Part shown: positions 50,253 through 58,636 of the stretch, one piece after another
Layout of the letters: every line of letters begins with the position of its first letter
Position numbering within the stretch: the stretch's first letter is position 1
DNA from: Promethearchaeota archaeon
Lineage (GTDB): Archaea; Asgardarchaeota; Lokiarchaeia; Sigyniarchaeales; SOKP01
Length of the DNA: 64,000 bases
Reading direction: 5' to 3'
Assembly: GCA_018238625.1 (NCBI GenBank)
Contig: JABCSY010000001.1
Coordinates: 1-64,000 of the forward strand
Made by a program: the position numbers and the translations under genes
Notes under the pieces: model-generated
Told to the model about the DNA's origin: nothing
What the model saw: only the letters and a program-made list of their open reading frames with translations
Databases searched by the model: none

Positions 50253-51206
50253 ATAAAAATACTCCTATTTGGCCCTGGTGGTGCGGGTAAAACGTCATTA
50301 ATGCGGACTACTTGTTTAGGTTATAATTTCATGAAAGTACTTAATCTGAAACCTACAAAAGGAGTCTCGAGGGAAAACTTTATATTTAGGGGAATAATGG
50401 AACTTTCCATCTGGGATTTAGGCGGTCAGGAACTTTATATGGAAAGATATTTCTCGGAAAAACAGCGAGAGCTTGTGTTTTCTGAAGTAACAGCTGCAGT
50501 TTTCATGGTTGATTCGGCAGCAGAAGAACCAAAACTAAAAGATACCTTTGGCAAATTCTTGAAATACCTTTTCGAATTTAGTCCTGAAGTAGGAAAAGTA
50601 TACGTCTTATTAAATAAAACTGATCTTCAAGAATCAAAAGAAGATGACATTTATGAACTATTAATTAAAGATCTTACAGACGATTTAAAAAGCAAAATTG
50701 CTTTTACACCTGTATCAGTAAAAGAGGGAAGTGCTCAACATCGATTGATCGAAATACTCGATTATAAAATTCAAGAGAACACATTAGCTTTACAAAGACT
50801 TGGGAAAATACGCCATTTGTTAGACCAATTGAAGATCAATACGCTTTCAGAATTTCTTTTGTTTAACCAACCAGATGGTTTATTAATAGCATCCACAATA
50901 GGAAAATTTGAAAGTCCAAATCTCCAATTCCTCCGTTTTGAAATAGGAAGCCTTGATTCAAATATATATCAAATCTATACAAAGATTATGGAACTTTCAG
51001 ATTCTTCGATTTCTCCTTTAGAATTATCGACAGTTATATATGAGAGCGAACATAACTACATCTTAGTGAAGGAAGTTAGCAATGGATCGGTACTGATGGT
51101 TGTTACTAAAGAGAAATCCATTAGTATTTTTAATACTGTGATGGACGACTTAAATGGCGAAAATTTCCAAAATTTGAAAAAATTCCTTAGTAGGGACGAT
51201 TTTTAA
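50253..51206 (+). CDS. Rag/Gtr1-like GTPase with C-terminal roadblock domain; probable non-canonical ATA start upstream of the track ATG (50301)
   Basis: In-frame upstream sequence gives (I)KILLFGPGGAGKTSLM. It continues with PTKG, WDLGGQELYMERYF..QRELVF and NKTD, then a roadblock-like FLLFNQPDGLLIAS. Confidence 0.85.
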   Translation: MKILLFGPGGAGKTSLMRTTCLGYNFMKVLNLKPTKGVSRENFIFRGIMELSIWDLGGQELYMERYFSEKQRELVFSEVTAAVFMVDSAAEEPKLKDTFGKFLKYLFEFSPEVGKVYVLLNKTDLQESKEDDIYELLIKDLTDDLKSKIAFTPVSVKEGSAQHRLIEILDYKIQENTLALQRLGKIRHLLDQLKINTLSEFLLFNQPDGLLIASTIGKFESPNLQFLRFEIGSLDSNIYQIYTKIMELSDSSISPLELSTVIYESEHNYILVKEVSNGSVLMVVTKEKSISIFNTVMDDLNGENFQNLKKFLSRDDF

Positions 51207-52227
51207 CTGATTCTAAATCAATTTTATTAGAAAATAATGTTCTATTAGAATGTTCTTCAATTATAGAAAACAAGTAATTATTTGTATTTTTGATTACAGG
51301 CGTTATAAACAATAATTCTTCTTCTGGAAGGCATTTTTCAACTTTTTCGTTTAATACCTCTTTTTCAAAAAACTCTTTAATGTAAGTAATTCGGATGATG
51401 AGATCGTTGAATTCCTTTTTGCTGTTATTCTTTACTAAAACTTCTATTTCCTGAAAATTGTTAATAATATTTATGTTTGTTATTTTAAATTGATCTTTTA
51501 TTCCTAATTTTTGTTGAACAACTCTATCGTAATCAAATAATCGAATTTTAGAAAACGATTCATTTTGAGCGTCCATAACAATGTGGTCAATATCAATTCC
51601 TTTAAATGTTAAATAAGAAATTGCTTTTTGCAATTTGAAAGAAGTCGCATCAGTTTGTTTAATTACCGATGAAAAATGTTCCTCACAAGTAAGGTTAATT
51701 ATTGCTTTTATTTCTTCTTTTATTTGGTCTCCTTTTTTTATTACATTGATTAATTTTTCCGTTTTAATAACTTCCAGTTTCGCAATTTCTGACTCTATTA
51801 CCTGATAAAGCGTATTTTCAAATTGATCGATTATTTTTTTCGTTAATAAATTTATTAATTCGCCCCCAAAAACATCTAAATCTGTTGGCAACACAAGTAT
51901 CAACACAACAATTTCACCCCTTTTTTGGAAAGACCCTGCTCTTCTTTTGACCCTTTTAGATTCAACAATAAATTTCTTCGCAAAATACATATTATTACTG
52001 TATTCTAAATCAATTCGGTTAATTGTAGTTTTATCTTTAAGCTCTAAAAACCAAATTGGATGGTATCTTATAAGATGCATTTTTCCTGAGTCATCATCTA
52101 GCGCGTTTTCTGGACAAATAAGAAGTGGGACATGGCCTATAGTCTCATCAAAATAAAACAAAAGAGTCTCACATAATTCCTTAAATGGACAATCTGTATT
52201 GGCGTTATTTAAGCGATTTTCTTCCAA
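51187..52227 (-). CDS. Hypothetical protein with longin/uDENN-like N-terminus and a beta-rich (Ig-like?) C-terminus
   Basis: LLFYFDETIGHVPLLICPE resembles the first hairpin of uDENN/longin domains; later IEVLVKNNS...LIIRITY strands. Confidence 0.5.
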   Translation of the reverse strand: MEENRLNNANTDCPFKELCETLLFYFDETIGHVPLLICPENALDDDSGKMHLIRYHPIWFLELKDKTTINRIDLEYSNNMYFAKKFIVESKRVKRRAGSFQKRGEIVVLILVLPTDLDVFGGELINLLTKKIIDQFENTLYQVIESEIAKLEVIKTEKLINVIKKGDQIKEEIKAIINLTCEEHFSSVIKQTDATSFKLQKAISYLTFKGIDIDHIVMDAQNESFSKIRLFDYDRVVQQKLGIKDQFKITNINIINNFQEIEVLVKNNSKKEFNDLIIRITYIKEFFEKEVLNEKVEKCLPEEELLFITPVIKNTNNYLFSIIEEHSNRTLFSNKIDLESVKNRPY

Positions 52228-52285
52228 TTTAAGTCAACCTCTTCTATATTAGATTAATTACATTTAATTTTTATGATTTTTAACG

Positions 52286-53590
52286 TTAATGAGAAGCGCA
52301 CGATATGCAAGGATCAAATGCTCTTATCATTATTTGAGTTTTTTCTTTAACAGACTCGATATCTTCTTTTTCATATAGCTTCTTAGCATATTCAGTGATC
52401 ATTTTGTTAATAATAGGCAAATTTATTTCGGTTGCAATGAAAAGCTTTACTTGATCAACGGTTTTAGCTTTATTTAAGTGATAATGATGCATTAGTATAC
52501 CTCTTGGTGCTTCGATAACCCCTATCCCATTTGATTTTTTTATTGAGTTTAGTTGTTTAAGTTGTGTTTTACTTTTTAGTGAAGTAGTATTTAATATTTC
52601 AATACTTTTTTGAATTTCGCAATAGCTTTCAATTAATTGTAAAAAGTTTAAAAATAATAAATTGCTTTTCCATTTTTTTCCAAAATTACCCATATATTCG
52701 GATATTTTATCTATCCCATAATTTTGAGTTAACCTATAGCGCGCTATTGGTCCTGTTAAAATCTTATTTTTCGAATTCGACTTAAAAGTAATCCCATAAA
52801 GATTAGAGTCTTTATCAAAATATTTTGAATAATTTTTCGCTTGAAAATCGTCGTAAGTTGTTTCACTTCGTTTAATTCTAAGGTCTCCTTCATACCTATC
52901 AAACCCCATATTATTCTTTAAGCCGAAATATATAGGGTTAGAAAGATTAAATTCTGTAGGAGGTTCAAAAGCAGAAAATAAATCTATAAAATTTTCAATT
53001 AAGGTTTCTATGTAGTAAATTCCCTTTTTTAGATATTTCTCCGTAAAAATTAAACTTTTTCGAGTAGGATTGAATATTAATCCTCCCGGAATCGGAGTAA
53101 TTGGATGTAGTGCCCTTCCTCCTATTAATTTGTTTATTTCTGAACCAATTTTTATTAAATTAAATACATTTGTCGCTAAATGAGGATTGTAATTAATTAA
53201 ATTATAAGAATCGTTATCAATAGTTTTAATTTTAAATATTTTTAATAAATCTGGAAAGGACTGTAAAAAATAATGCATAATGTGCGATTTTATTAATTCT
53301 CCAGACAATAATACCTTTCTAAGCAAAATTGATTGGTGTGATGGTTCTATTCCGTATATACTTTCTATTGCTTTGCAACTTGCAATTGTTTGAGATGCGG
53401 AGCATTGTCCACAAATTCTAGATGCAATTTTTGGAATATCTAATAGCTTTTTACCTACTAAAATATTTTCAAATCCTCTAAATACTGAAAAACTCAATTC
53501 AGTTTGATAAATTTCATCGTTTTTTAAATAAATGTTTAAGTTTCCACAACCTTCAACCCTTGTGCATGCTTCTACAACTTTATCCATCAA
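52286..53590 (-). CDS. [NiFe]-hydrogenase large subunit, group 3 (MvhA/HyhL-like), with no C-terminal extension
   Basis: TRVEG, RGFE, L1 RICGQC, EAPRG.L.HHY and L2 RAFDPCISCASH followed directly by the stop codon. Confidence 0.9.
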   Translation of the reverse strand: MMDKVVEACTRVEGCGNLNIYLKNDEIYQTELSFSVFRGFENILVGKKLLDIPKIASRICGQCSASQTIASCKAIESIYGIEPSHQSILLRKVLLSGELIKSHIMHYFLQSFPDLLKIFKIKTIDNDSYNLINYNPHLATNVFNLIKIGSEINKLIGGRALHPITPIPGGLIFNPTRKSLIFTEKYLKKGIYYIETLIENFIDLFSAFEPPTEFNLSNPIYFGLKNNMGFDRYEGDLRIKRSETTYDDFQAKNYSKYFDKDSNLYGITFKSNSKNKILTGPIARYRLTQNYGIDKISEYMGNFGKKWKSNLLFLNFLQLIESYCEIQKSIEILNTTSLKSKTQLKQLNSIKKSNGIGVIEAPRGILMHHYHLNKAKTVDQVKLFIATEINLPIINKMITEYAKKLYEKEDIESVKEKTQIMIRAFDPCISCASH

Positions 53591-54351
53591 TCCTTCCCTC
53601 CTACATGTGATTTTGAGAACCTATAATAAATCCCTTTATATTTTCTTAGATCTTTAGAAAGATTAAAAAGGCTTAAGAAATTGATTAAATTCGAGGTAAA
53701 CCCCTTTGAAACAGGACCTAAACATCCTTCACAGGGTAATCCTTGATTTATGCAGAGATGGTCGCAGCCATCCCGAGTAACAGGGCCTAAACATAAAATC
53801 CCATCGTTCAAAAAACACGATAAATTTTCTTCCGGAAAACGAATTTCATCGTTTCTTGGAACTATCTTTTCTATTGTTAATGGTAAATCTAATTTTGCTT
53901 GGTTGTTTAAAGGACAAGTAGAACACATATTTTTTGAGCTTAGCTCGAATTTTTTGTTCTCAACTAGCCTTAATAAACAATTTCCTAAAAGTATAGATGG
54001 AGGCGGGCATCCAGGTATAATACCATCAACTTCTACAAACTTTGAAATAGGATACGCTTCTTTTTTATTTGAGAGACTAAGAATTCCCCCAAACGCTGAG
54101 CATGTACCTAATGCATATAGTTTTTTTGCATTTTTTCGTATTTCTTGAAGATACTCGATTTGATTCTTTTCTGATACGCACCCCTCTACTAGCGCTATAT
54201 CGCATTCTTTAATCTCTAAATTATCAGATATAAATGGAAAATATTCGATTTTCGTTCTTTCAAGAAATTGTGGAAATATATCTAGCGATATTAATGCTGA
54301 TATACATCCAGTACAAGAAGTTAAAGATGTAATTAAAAATTTAAGCCTCAC
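53587..54351 (-). CDS. [NiFe]-hydrogenase small subunit (MvhG-like)
   Basis: SCTGC, LVEG, GTCSAFGG, IPGCPP, CSTCP and CLGPVTRDGC..LC....PCEGCLGP motifs. Confidence 0.9.
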   Translation of the reverse strand: MRLKFLITSLTSCTGCISALISLDIFPQFLERTKIEYFPFISDNLEIKECDIALVEGCVSEKNQIEYLQEIRKNAKKLYALGTCSAFGGILSLSNKKEAYPISKFVEVDGIIPGCPPPSILLGNCLLRLVENKKFELSSKNMCSTCPLNNQAKLDLPLTIEKIVPRNDEIRFPEENLSCFLNDGILCLGPVTRDGCDHLCINQGLPCEGCLGPVSKGFTSNLINFLSLFNLSKDLRKYKGIYYRFSKSHVGGKD

Positions 54352-56887
54352 TTTTAATCTCCTCCTTTAGTAAATTATAGAATTTATTAGAGATTTCAGC
54401 AAATAGCTGTCCTTCTACTCCGTTTAAACTCATCACTATTATCCGTCTGCTTAACTTTGGTCCTAGAATCTTTTTTAAAAGCCCAACTCTTTTTTTTAAT
54501 TTTTCAATCCCGTCAATATATCTACAAGAATCCTTTCTGCAACCGATAATCATAACTCCGTCAAACCCCATTTCAAGAGATTTAACAATGAATTCAGTAT
54601 CAATACGGCCAGTACAAGGAACAGAGATTATAAAAACATTAGGTTGATATAACAATTTCTTTAATCCTGCATTGTCAGCGGCAGCGTAACCGCACGATTG
54701 GCAACAAAAAGCGATGATTTTTGGTTTTTTATTGAATTTTGAGAAAATTTCGATCGTTTTTAAAATCTTTTCTGATGTATTTATATTCATTTCGATGGCA
54801 TTAGTAGGACAAACACTAACACACATACCACAAGCTTTACATTTAAACTTATCAACAGTAATTTTTTCGGAGTTTATGCTTATTGCATTGTAAGGGCAAG
54901 AAATAACGCAGAGGTTACACAATCCACATTTGTCTTCATTAATCTCTATTCCAGTATATTCTGTTATTAAATAATCGTTTGAAAGAAGTGATATTACTTT
55001 TAACGCTATGTTATTGGTGGTTGCTATAGTCGAGTGATAATTTAATGGGCCAAATATTGTTCCAACACCATAAATACCAGAAGCTAAAGTTTCTTCACTC
55101 ATAAAACCATAATCATTTAAAGTGAAGTCCATAATCTTTCTTAGAGATTTCAAATCCTTATTTGGAATTAATTTAAGGTTTAAAACAATCAAATCACTTT
55201 GAAACTCAATAGAATCCGCAATTACATAGTTAATATTCTCTTTTGTCTCAATTAATACTTTATTAGCGTAAAGAAATCTCGGATGAGTAGATTTTAGTAT
55301 TATCTCGTCTTTTTCTTTTAGTTTACTTAAATCGTAAAAAACATTAACTTCACAATCAGGGCTCTTTACTTTAATAACATCTATATACTTTAGGGTTAAA
55401 ATATCCGAATATTCACATAGATAGTTTGAAGATCCAACTTCTTGAATAATTGATATTGTTTTTACTGGTTTCCCATCAGATAATTTTACTATCTTTCCAT
55501 CAGTTAGGCCATCTGAACATAAAATTCGTTCAAATTCTGCTGAAGTTATAATATTATTTTGTGGATTATAATTATATTCTTTTAAATTTGAAGAAAGATC
55601 TGAACCAATAGCTATAACTTTAGCGCCTACTTTAATTCTTAATTCCTTAGGCTTTTCTCTTAAATTAATTGCTTTATTTGCACAAGCACGTTCACATATT
55701 CCACATTCAAGGCAGCTTTTAATATCTTCATCGTCAATAACAGGAACATAAGGATAACAATATTGAAAAGGAAAGTGAATTATTTTTCTATGCGTTAAAC
55801 CAAATTCATATAGATTAACTTTCTCTCGAGCACACACATCCACACATTGCTTACAACCTGTACATTTTGTCTCATCAACATAGCGAGGATTTTTAATTAA
55901 ACTTATAGTAAAATTGCCAACTTCTCCCGATACGCTAATTATTTCCGTATTTGTCAAGATCTCAATATTATTTTCTTTCACAATTTCCCCAATTAATTCG
56001 GAGATTAAACAAGTAGAGCAATCTCCCATATTTGAAATCTTTTGCCATCTTGCTACTTTTCCTCCTAATGTAGGAGACTTTTCAATTAGGTAACACTTAA
56101 TACCTGCCCTTGATAAGTTTAACGCTATATTCATACCAGCAATCCCTCCTCCCAGAATTGCGCAACTTTTTTCAACTTCAACTCTTTTTATCTTAATTGG
56201 TTTTTGAAGACTTACTCGATTAACTGAGGCTTCAATAAGTAATTGCGCTTTTTTCAAAGTTAAAAGGCTATCAATGTGCTTTTTACTTGAATAATGTACC
56301 CAACAACATTGTTCTCTTATATTTGCAATCTCAATATTAGCATTATCAATTATATTATGAAAAAGACGTTCAAATACATGTTGATGTGTTTTAGGAGAAC
56401 AGGCAGCGATAACAATTTTATTTACGAAGTTATCAGTAATCCAATTATTAATTTTATCTTGGTTTTTTTCTTGACATAAATTATCAAGAATTTTAACTGA
56501 GACTACATTATTTATTTTACTTGCATAGTTTTCTAAGGAATTAATGTTAAGGACATTTGAAACTTCTGTATTACAATTACAGATGATAACACCTATTCTG
56601 TTTATTTCGCTTCCTTTTGATTTTAAATAGTCTATTTCCTCTCCAGATAAAATTCTTTTATTTAATCCTAATATCCTTAAAACTCTTTTACCGTCATCTG
56701 TTAAATAATATGATTTTTTGTCTTTACTTACTAAATTATTAAGCTTTTTCAAATGAAAATTTAATTGCCCTGTTTGTTCTATACCTAACTTCATCATTAA
56801 TTCAGTATATGGAATAAAACCTTCTTCTTCGAGAATGTATAAGAGTTTTCTTCTGATTGGATGAGCTAAAATTGAATAAATATCCAT
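54341..56887 (-). CDS. Fusion protein: ArsR-like winged HTH, HdrA-like flavo-FeS protein (partly degenerate) and MvhD [2Fe-2S] domain
   Basis: aa 1-75 LAHPIRRKLL...YTELM...GQLNFHLKKL...YYLT..G. HdrA motifs RIGVIICNC, AACSP, ANIREQCCWVH, GGGIAG, EFER and two ferredoxin pairs. MvhD motifs FCCQSCGY, PCTGRID and GC...CRY. Confidence 0.88.
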   Translation of the reverse strand: MDIYSILAHPIRRKLLYILEEEGFIPYTELMMKLGIEQTGQLNFHLKKLNNLVSKDKKSYYLTDDGKRVLRILGLNKRILSGEEIDYLKSKGSEINRIGVIICNCNTEVSNVLNINSLENYASKINNVVSVKILDNLCQEKNQDKINNWITDNFVNKIVIAACSPKTHQHVFERLFHNIIDNANIEIANIREQCCWVHYSSKKHIDSLLTLKKAQLLIEASVNRVSLQKPIKIKRVEVEKSCAILGGGIAGMNIALNLSRAGIKCYLIEKSPTLGGKVARWQKISNMGDCSTCLISELIGEIVKENNIEILTNTEIISVSGEVGNFTISLIKNPRYVDETKCTGCKQCVDVCAREKVNLYEFGLTHRKIIHFPFQYCYPYVPVIDDEDIKSCLECGICERACANKAINLREKPKELRIKVGAKVIAIGSDLSSNLKEYNYNPQNNIITSAEFERILCSDGLTDGKIVKLSDGKPVKTISIIQEVGSSNYLCEYSDILTLKYIDVIKVKSPDCEVNVFYDLSKLKEKDEIILKSTHPRFLYANKVLIETKENINYVIADSIEFQSDLIVLNLKLIPNKDLKSLRKIMDFTLNDYGFMSEETLASGIYGVGTIFGPLNYHSTIATTNNIALKVISLLSNDYLITEYTGIEINEDKCGLCNLCVISCPYNAISINSEKITVDKFKCKACGMCVSVCPTNAIEMNINTSEKILKTIEIFSKFNKKPKIIAFCCQSCGYAAADNAGLKKLLYQPNVFIISVPCTGRIDTEFIVKSLEMGFDGVMIIGCRKDSCRYIDGIEKLKKRVGLLKKILGPKLSRRIIVMSLNGVEGQLFAEISNKFYNLLKEEIKSEA

Positions 56888-56943
56888 TTCTGAGCTTTCC
56901 TATTGATTTTTTATTTTAAATTTATTTTGTTAAAAAAAAAAAT

Positions 56944-57163
56944 TTGACAAATTATTTTTTCTTCATGACAATATATGTTGTAAAAATATATAAATGTGTT
57001 AGAAAATGATCATATGATCCGCGAATTTCATTAATAAAAATGACGATTTTCGATTAACTAAAAAATTTGTTTAGAAAATAATTTTGATAATATTTCTTAT
57101 CAATATGTTAAAAAATTTTCTTGTCAAATTCTTTTTATTTTAGGCTTATGACAATTTAATTAG
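56944..57163. promoter_or_regulatory. Divergent promoter region with repeated TTGAYAA/TTRTCAA half-sites, including a perfect TTGATAA-N6-TTATCAA (57084-57103) and ATGACAA-N6-TTGTAAA (56965-56984)
   Basis: Read directly. Further half-sites at 56944, 57121 and 57148. TTTATATA on the minus strand near 56987-56994. Confidence 0.6.
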
Positions 57164-57209
57164 GTAAGTATTTTTTTAAAAAGTTGAAATAAAAGAGGTG
57201 TATTATTAT

Positions 57210-57827
57210 ATGGAAGTATTGGAATTGAAACCAGTAAAAAATAAAAAAATAATAGTGTATATGTCCTCAAAAGAAAATGGTAGGTATTTTCAAAATCAAG
57301 ATACATCAAGATTAACTGATTTTCTCAAAAAGAAAGATGTTAACTTTGTAACCGTAGATTTTCAAGTAGATATGAAAGTGTTTAAGAAAACACCTTTTGC
57401 ACAAACATTAGATAAACTTGGAATACCATATATTCAAGTAGATATTCCAGATTATGCAATGGGATATCTTTACGAAGAAATTGTCGAAAAACAAGAACTT
57501 CAAAATGAATTATTTGAAGAATACGACAATATGAGCGATAAAGAATCTTTCAAAGGGCAAAGTCTAAAAAATTGGATTGACATGCTAAGCGAAGAAATTC
57601 AAGAAAGAGAGATTTTTTTAAGCTTGAAACTAAGACCACAGTGGATCGTAAAAAAAATGCTAGATTTTGCAAATCGTTTTGAAAATGAAGTGGTTTCTTT
57701 TGTACATTTTGTTCAAGAGGATATTTGCGAGGATATTTGCCCTCAAGTCGTTGCAAATTTAAGAGATTTGGGAGTAAAAGTAATTTCCTATACTAAAAAA
57801 CACACAATTCAAAATATTATATTTTAA
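57210..57827 (+). CDS. Hypothetical protein (paralog A), alpha/beta core with coiled-coil hairpin insert
   Basis: GAGGTG SD-like motif before ATG 57210; similarity to the 57851 and 62140 ORFs. Confidence 0.7.
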   Translation: MEVLELKPVKNKKIIVYMSSKENGRYFQNQDTSRLTDFLKKKDVNFVTVDFQVDMKVFKKTPFAQTLDKLGIPYIQVDIPDYAMGYLYEEIVEKQELQNELFEEYDNMSDKESFKGQSLKNWIDMLSEEIQEREIFLSLKLRPQWIVKKMLDFANRFENEVVSFVHFVQEDICEDICPQVVANLRDLGVKVISYTKKHTIQNIIF

Positions 57828-57850
57828 TTAAAAAAAAGGAGTTAAAAAAA

Positions 57851-58582
57851 ATGCCAGAAGTATTAGAATTAAAGCCATTAAAAGATAAGCATTTAAAGCT
57901 TATCATGGTAGAAAGTGAGTTTCCAATAGATTGGTGGTTCGAAGTTCCTAAAGAAAAAAAGGAAGATTTGCTATGGTCTTTACATCTTATTAGCAAAGAA
58001 TATCTTCAGCTCATCGATGGTTTAATAGACAAATATTCACCTGATTTTGCTTTAGAAGAAAAACCTAATTTTTGGGATGACCCGTTAAACCCTAACGATC
58101 CTCTAAAAACATTACTCAAAAAGAAAGGAATTCGATTTAAACATGCTGATATCTCTGAAAATGCGGAATTTTATCTTTCTGCTGCTTTGGATGAACACAG
58201 AAGTATGCTACAAACACTTGAAAAACGAATCAAAGAGATAATTACAGAAAATGGTGGTGTTCCTTCCGAAGATGAACTTTTCCAACAATTAGTTTTATGG
58301 AAGGACTATCTCAAAAATGATTATGACTCACAAGAAGATGAAATACGATATAAAGTTAGAGAAGCTTGGATGATGATGAATACTCTAAACCTTGCAAAGG
58401 AGATTAAAGGGAAAAAATTAAAGGGGTTATTTATTTGCGATTTAAGGCACTTTGAAGGCTTAGATAAGTTAGCAAACGATTTAGGCATCGATACAGAGCA
58501 GATTAAAATTAAAAGAACTATTAAAACCGCAGAAATCGAAAAAGAGTATGAAGAAGAGGTAGAAGTTGAAATATCTAAATAA
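57851..58582 (+). CDS. Hypothetical protein (paralog B), possibly TraB/GumN(TIKI)/ChaN-like fold
   Basis: GGAG SD motif; PDFALEE and REAWM...GLFICDLRHFEGL pattern; N-terminus EVLELKP shared with paralog A. Confidence 0.65.
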   Translation: MPEVLELKPLKDKHLKLIMVESEFPIDWWFEVPKEKKEDLLWSLHLISKEYLQLIDGLIDKYSPDFALEEKPNFWDDPLNPNDPLKTLLKKKGIRFKHADISENAEFYLSAALDEHRSMLQTLEKRIKEIITENGGVPSEDELFQQLVLWKDYLKNDYDSQEDEIRYKVREAWMMMNTLNLAKEIKGKKLKGLFICDLRHFEGLDKLANDLGIDTEQIKIKRTIKTAEIEKEYEEEVEVEISK

Positions 58583-58636
58583 TTTTTTTTTTAGTTATAA
58601 TTTCTATGAATTTTATAGTTTAAATAACGATGTGAG

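Noticed and set aside
52286-56887. Possible selenocysteine (in-frame TGA) in HdrA/MvhD/MvhA, as known for some Lokiarchaeia and methanogens
   Set aside because: All three ORFs are uninterrupted with Cys codons at the retained ligand positions. The large subunit ends in TAA, and I saw no SECIS-like hairpin.
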